A DNA stretch of 64,000 nucleotides, from NCBI GenBank assembly GCA_964549765.1, contig CAZJWR010000009.1:15442-79441 (forward strand), written 5' to 3'. Origin of the DNA: an uncultured Ignavibacteriales bacterium. Its GTDB lineage: Bacteria; Zixibacteria; MSB-5A5; GN15; JAAZOE01. A program made the position numbers and the translations under genes. The first letter of the stretch is position 1; each line of letters starts with the position of its first letter. Under the pieces are notes generated by a model. The model was given only the letters and a program-made list of their open reading frames with translations. It was not told where the DNA came from and did not search any database. Positions 60,200-64,000 of the stretch are shown in pieces.

Positions 60200-63112
60200 A
60201 TGATCCCAAGAACTGTTATTGTAGCGTGCATATTCGCATGCTTACTCGCTGGATCGGTTTTTGGAGCCATTACGGGCCAGATATCGGGTACCGTAACTGA
60301 TTCCAAAACCGGTGAGCCATTGGTCGGCGTCTCGGTGGCAATCCAAGGCACCACCATGGGCGCGAAAACCGGGGCTATGGGGAAGTTCGTAATCAATAAT
60401 GTCCCGACCGGTGATTTCACTCTGGTATTCAGTTCGGTCGGCTACGAGAAATTGGAACTCACAGGAGTCCATGTTACCGCGGATCTGACCACGGTTGCAA
60501 GTCAGAAGCTGACTCAGCAAGTGACGGAGACCGGGCGAATCGTTACCGTCACCGCCAAGATACCCTTGGTCAGGCCGGACCAGACGACCACGGTGCAGGT
60601 GATGCAGCAGGATCAGATCCGGTCGTTGCCGATCCGAGGTTTCGAGCAGGCGGTGACACTGCAGAATAGTGTCGTTCGCATGAAATTGAACAATGACACA
60701 AATGTCCGTTTGCGGGGACAGAGAGAAACGACAGCCACCGGAAACGAGTTGAATCTGAGAGGTGGGCGCCCCTCAGAAGTGGCTTATTACGTGGACGGAT
60801 TTTCACAGCAGGACCCGCTGACCGGAATATCCTCAACCAACATCTCCAATAACGCTATCAAGGAGGTTTCGGTCCAGTCCGGTACGTTTTCGGCCGAGTA
60901 CGGACACGTGGCCTCCGGCATTGTGAATGTCGTCACCAACTCGGGGACTGATAGTTATCATGGGACTGCCGAGCTGGTCACCGATAACGTGCTTGGCGAT
61001 AATTACGATCAGAATATCTACTCGCTTGATCTGGGCGGACCCATTCCGGGCATGAAGAAGGCCTTCTTTTTCGTGTCGGGAGAGCGGCGCTGGCAGGGCG
61101 ATCGGTCTCCGTCGGTCAAGACCGAAGACGTTTTTAAAACCTTCGACGTCGACAATCCCGACCTGTGGATTTCGCCGAACCTGGCGATCAAAAACCTCAA
61201 TCGCCTGCCAGCCAATCACATGTCCGGCTGGTCCGGTCAGGCCAAGCTGGACTTCGAATTGACATCTGCCATCAAGCTCGCCATTACCGGCACCGGGTCC
61301 CGCGACGACTGGCAGGAATACCGACATAATTATCTGTTCAACTACTGGCATTCGCCCCGTTACCTCGACAAGAATATCGGGCTTAATGCCAAAGTGACAC
61401 ACGTCATCAACCCGGAAACCTATTACAATCTGAGCGGAACATATTTCATGACCGAGCGCATCCGCGGCGACGGTGTCCTATTTGACGATCTCCCGGCCTA
61501 CCGCCGGGCGTTTGCCAATCCCGAATGGGACGACATGAATCTTTTCCGTGATCCGCATAGTCCCGTAAAAGCGTCGGAGGTCGACTCGACCGTGGCGCAG
61601 GGATCGGCAGGCGATACGGTTCTTTTTTATGCCGAATCGTACTGGAATAATTTTCTGCACCGCAAGTCGTCCTATCTCGGATTCAAGGGTGACTTCAATC
61701 GGCAAATCGGATTCGCGCAGACGATCAAAGCCGGTTTTGATTTCGAGCGCCATACTCTGCGGTACTATGAGAATCTTGACCCGACCAATACCCAGGGATT
61801 CTCATCCGACAATGTCAATCGATACGGATTCAGCGTCGATGGTAAGGAATCGGATAGCGAAGACTATCGTAATAACACCAAGCATCCGATTAATCTCGGG
61901 CTATACGTGCAGGATCGGATCGATGCGAAAGGCCTGATAATCGACGCCGGATTGCGGTTCGACCTCTTCGATTATAAGGCGCTGAGGATCAAGGATCCTC
62001 AAAACCCGCTCGATCCGGACAGCGCCACGGGGCTCAACGAGCTGGATCGCGGTGATCTCGAGAATAGCAAAGCATTCACGCGCCTGTCACCTCGCCTGGG
62101 AATATCGTTTCCCATAACGGACCAGACCCAGTTCCATATCAATTACGGTCAGTTTTATCAGCGACCGGATTTGGTGCGGCTTTATGTCGGATACGATTTT
62201 ATGGCGGCGCGGATTACGCAACCGGGATCGTATTATCCGTTCCCAAGCCCCAACCTGGAGCCGGAAAAGACGACCCAGTACGAGGCCGGCATAGCCCATC
62301 AACTCGGCGAAAACACGGTGCTGAATATTACGGCCTACTATAAGGACGTTCAGGACCTGACGCAGATATTCCATCAGACACCGGCCAACCCCCAGACATA
62401 TGACTATTTCGCAAATACCGATTTTGGCACCATCAAAGGGGTCGACCTGGAATTAAAGGTGCGCCGATCTCATTATGTGGGTCTTGACCTCAAATATACG
62501 CTCAGCTACGCCACCGGCACGGGTTCATATGCTCAAACGAATTACAACATCGCCTGGCAAGATCCCTTGCATCCACCCAAAGTGACGTCTCCGCTGGATT
62601 ACGATCAGCGGCATAATTTCGTGGCGCTGCTTGACTATCGCTATGGCAAGGGCGAGGGGCCGAAAGTCGGAGATGCCCATCCACTGGAAAAATTGAGCGC
62701 CAACGCTATCCTGCAGCTTTTCAGCGGCACACCGTACACCCCGATGTACCTGTTTAACGCCGCCACCGAGGCCGCCGTCAATCCGGAGCCGCGTGGCCGT
62801 GTCAACTCCGATAATATCTCGTGGTCGTTCAACATCGACCTGAAGATACAACGGCAATTCGACGTTGGCGACTTCACCCTGGTACCCTACATCTGGGTGC
62901 AGAATCTGCTGGATAATAAAAACGTCGTGGCGGTTTATGAAAGTTCCGGGAAACCCGACGTTACTGGCTGGTTGCAGACCGATGAGGGCGCGCTGTTTGC
63001 ACAGAATACAGCGGATCAAAACGGAGCCTACTATTACGGTTTGAAGGAAGATAACCCCAGAAATTTCGCCGGGCCGAGAGTCATCTATTTCGGCATTCGG
63101 ATGGGCTTCTAA
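60200..63112 (+). CDS. TonB-dependent outer-membrane receptor with N-terminal carboxypeptidase-regulatory-like domain
   Basis: Signal peptide. ISGTVTDSKTGEPLVGVSVAIQGTTMGAKTGAMGKFVI (CarbopepD_reg), plug domain (NLRGGRPSEVAYYVDG), a long beta-barrel, and a C-terminal aromatic residue (...YFGIRMGF). Confidence 0.85.
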   Translation: MIPRTVIVACIFACLLAGSVFGAITGQISGTVTDSKTGEPLVGVSVAIQGTTMGAKTGAMGKFVINNVPTGDFTLVFSSVGYEKLELTGVHVTADLTTVASQKLTQQVTETGRIVTVTAKIPLVRPDQTTTVQVMQQDQIRSLPIRGFEQAVTLQNSVVRMKLNNDTNVRLRGQRETTATGNELNLRGGRPSEVAYYVDGFSQQDPLTGISSTNISNNAIKEVSVQSGTFSAEYGHVASGIVNVVTNSGTDSYHGTAELVTDNVLGDNYDQNIYSLDLGGPIPGMKKAFFFVSGERRWQGDRSPSVKTEDVFKTFDVDNPDLWISPNLAIKNLNRLPANHMSGWSGQAKLDFELTSAIKLAITGTGSRDDWQEYRHNYLFNYWHSPRYLDKNIGLNAKVTHVINPETYYNLSGTYFMTERIRGDGVLFDDLPAYRRAFANPEWDDMNLFRDPHSPVKASEVDSTVAQGSAGDTVLFYAESYWNNFLHRKSSYLGFKGDFNRQIGFAQTIKAGFDFERHTLRYYENLDPTNTQGFSSDNVNRYGFSVDGKESDSEDYRNNTKHPINLGLYVQDRIDAKGLIIDAGLRFDLFDYKALRIKDPQNPLDPDSATGLNELDRGDLENSKAFTRLSPRLGISFPITDQTQFHINYGQFYQRPDLVRLYVGYDFMAARITQPGSYYPFPSPNLEPEKTTQYEAGIAHQLGENTVLNITAYYKDVQDLTQIFHQTPANPQTYDYFANTDFGTIKGVDLELKVRRSHYVGLDLKYTLSYATGTGSYAQTNYNIAWQDPLHPPKVTSPLDYDQRHNFVALLDYRYGKGEGPKVGDAHPLEKLSANAILQLFSGTPYTPMYLFNAATEAAVNPEPRGRVNSDNISWSFNIDLKIQRQFDVGDFTLVPYIWVQNLLDNKNVVAVYESSGKPDVTGWLQTDEGALFAQNTADQNGAYYYGLKEDNPRNFAGPRVIYFGIRMGF

Positions 63113-63133
63113 CCTGAAATGAGGGATAAGGCT

Positions 63134-64000
63134 ATGAAAACGATACTCTTGACTCTTTGCCTGGTGATGCTGCTAACCATTCCTTTGGTGGCCGAGTCAC
63201 CGCATGGGGTCAATTTTAGGCCTGCATCGCCTGCGTCGCCGACATCGCCGCTCACCGTCGACAACCGGCATTACATCAACGTTAACAACATCCTTATGTT
63301 TGTTACCAACCATGGCAATTTTGGCCGGGACCTGGGCGGTGTTTTCGGCAACGACTACGGGACCTATTACCCGTATGTCACAGACAGTCAGATTCAGAAT
63401 GGCAGTCTGGACAAATCAATCGTCTATGCCTCGGGTTTGTGGATCGGCGCCATTGATTCGGCGACCAATCAGACGCGGGTCATTGTCGCCGAATACGAAG
63501 ACGAATATGTACCCGGGCCAATGGTGGGGGGAGAAGCACTTCCGGACGATCCGCGGTTCAAAATCTACAAGCTCTATAAAGACAGTCTCGCGGAGAACCC
63601 CAATGACGATTACCTCAACTGGCCGATCGCGGACGGGGCGCCATGGAAAATCGACACCCTCACCGGGGACACAATACCGGATATGGTCGGCGATCAAATG
63701 CTGTGGGCGGTTTATAATGACGCCGATTCGGCTCAGCACGGCAACGATGCCGGCAAAACCCTGCCCTTGGGCATTGAAGTACACCAGACGACCTTTGCGT
63801 ACAAACGGACGGATCCGTTGGGAAATGTGATCTTTATTCGCCTCCGAGTCTTCAATAAAGGCGCCAATACTCTCCGAGATTGCTATTTCTCGCTCTGGGC
63901 CGACCCCGATCTCGGCGGATTCACTGATGACCTGGTCGGATGTGACACGAATCTGTCGGTTGGTTTCTGTTACAACGGTGATAACAACGATAATCAATTC
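63134..64000 (+). CDS. Secreted hypothetical protein, 3' end beyond the window (not in the ORF track because no stop is reached)
   Basis: ATG 63134 lies 21 nt after the receptor stop. My own translation is open to base 64000: MKTILLTLCLVMLLTIPLVAESPHG...LWADPDLGGFTDDLVGCD.... Signal peptide present. Confidence 0.6.
   Translation, partial: MKTILLTLCLVMLLTIPLVAESPHGVNFRPASPASPTSPLTVDNRHYINVNNILMFVTNHGNFGRDLGGVFGNDYGTYYPYVTDSQIQNGSLDKSIVYASGLWIGAIDSATNQTRVIVAEYEDEYVPGPMVGGEALPDDPRFKIYKLYKDSLAENPNDDYLNWPIADGAPWKIDTLTGDTIPDMVGDQMLWAVYNDADSAQHGNDAGKTLPLGIEVHQTTFAYKRTDPLGNVIFIRLRVFNKGANTLRDCYFSLWADPDLGGFTDDLVGCDTNLSVGFCYNGDNNDNQF

Overview
GC-rich bacterial chromosome segment, probably from an uncultivated FCB-superphylum-like organism: three large secreted proteins end in the NYPNPFNPTT...KKMVLMK T9SS/FlgD-type C-terminal sorting domain. 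I see about 50 protein genes. I could not support any rRNA or tRNA gene, CRISPR array, transposase, integrase or phage gene. Layout: (1) 1-19 kb is housekeeping and carbohydrate genes: P-type ATPase tail, HtrA protease, APC permease, a minus-strand sugar ABC transporter plus GH38 alpha-mannosidase operon, metallophosphoesterase, GH15 glucoamylase, STAS protein and a ferritin-like protein. (2) 19.5-40.2 kb holds giant T9SS-sorted surface proteins (an S8 protease with four PKD domains, a 1008-aa protein, and a 1681-aa FG-GAP/CRTAC1-like protein carrying cohesin-like and dockerin modules). They are interleaved with a signalling block: cytidylate-kinase-like proteins, a TauE/SafE permease, a receiver and a histidine kinase. 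(3) 40.6-45.9 kb is a tight operon of ECF sigma factor, small basic protein, TPR-CHAT caspase-like protease and dockerin-bearing S8 protease. It resembles the sigma-release arm of type III-E CRISPR 'Craspase' loci but has no CRISPR or Cas partner in the window. (4) 46.5-54.2 kb is an ArsR-type regulator with two matching operators, followed by a translationally coupled tusA-mvhD-hdrL-hdrA-wHTH-hdrC-hdrB-dsrE operon: an NAD(P)H-linked Hdr-like complex joined to a sulfur-relay pair, with a perfect CRP/FNR palindrome inside it. (5) 54.2-59.5 kb holds a third cytidylate-kinase-like paralog, a PAS sigma-54 activator, a near-consensus sigma-54 promoter with two upstream dyads, and small stress or redox genes (roadblock-like, Cys-rich peptide, OsmC, radical SAM, cupin). 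(6) 60.2-64 kb is a TonB-dependent receptor and a partial secreted protein. The two most interesting candidates are the CRISPR-less sigma/TPR-CHAT/S8 module and the TusA/DsrE-linked HdrL-HdrA-MvhD-HdrCB cluster with its three layers of regulation. All family calls rest on motifs read by eye in the supplied translations. No database search, HMM or folding program was run.
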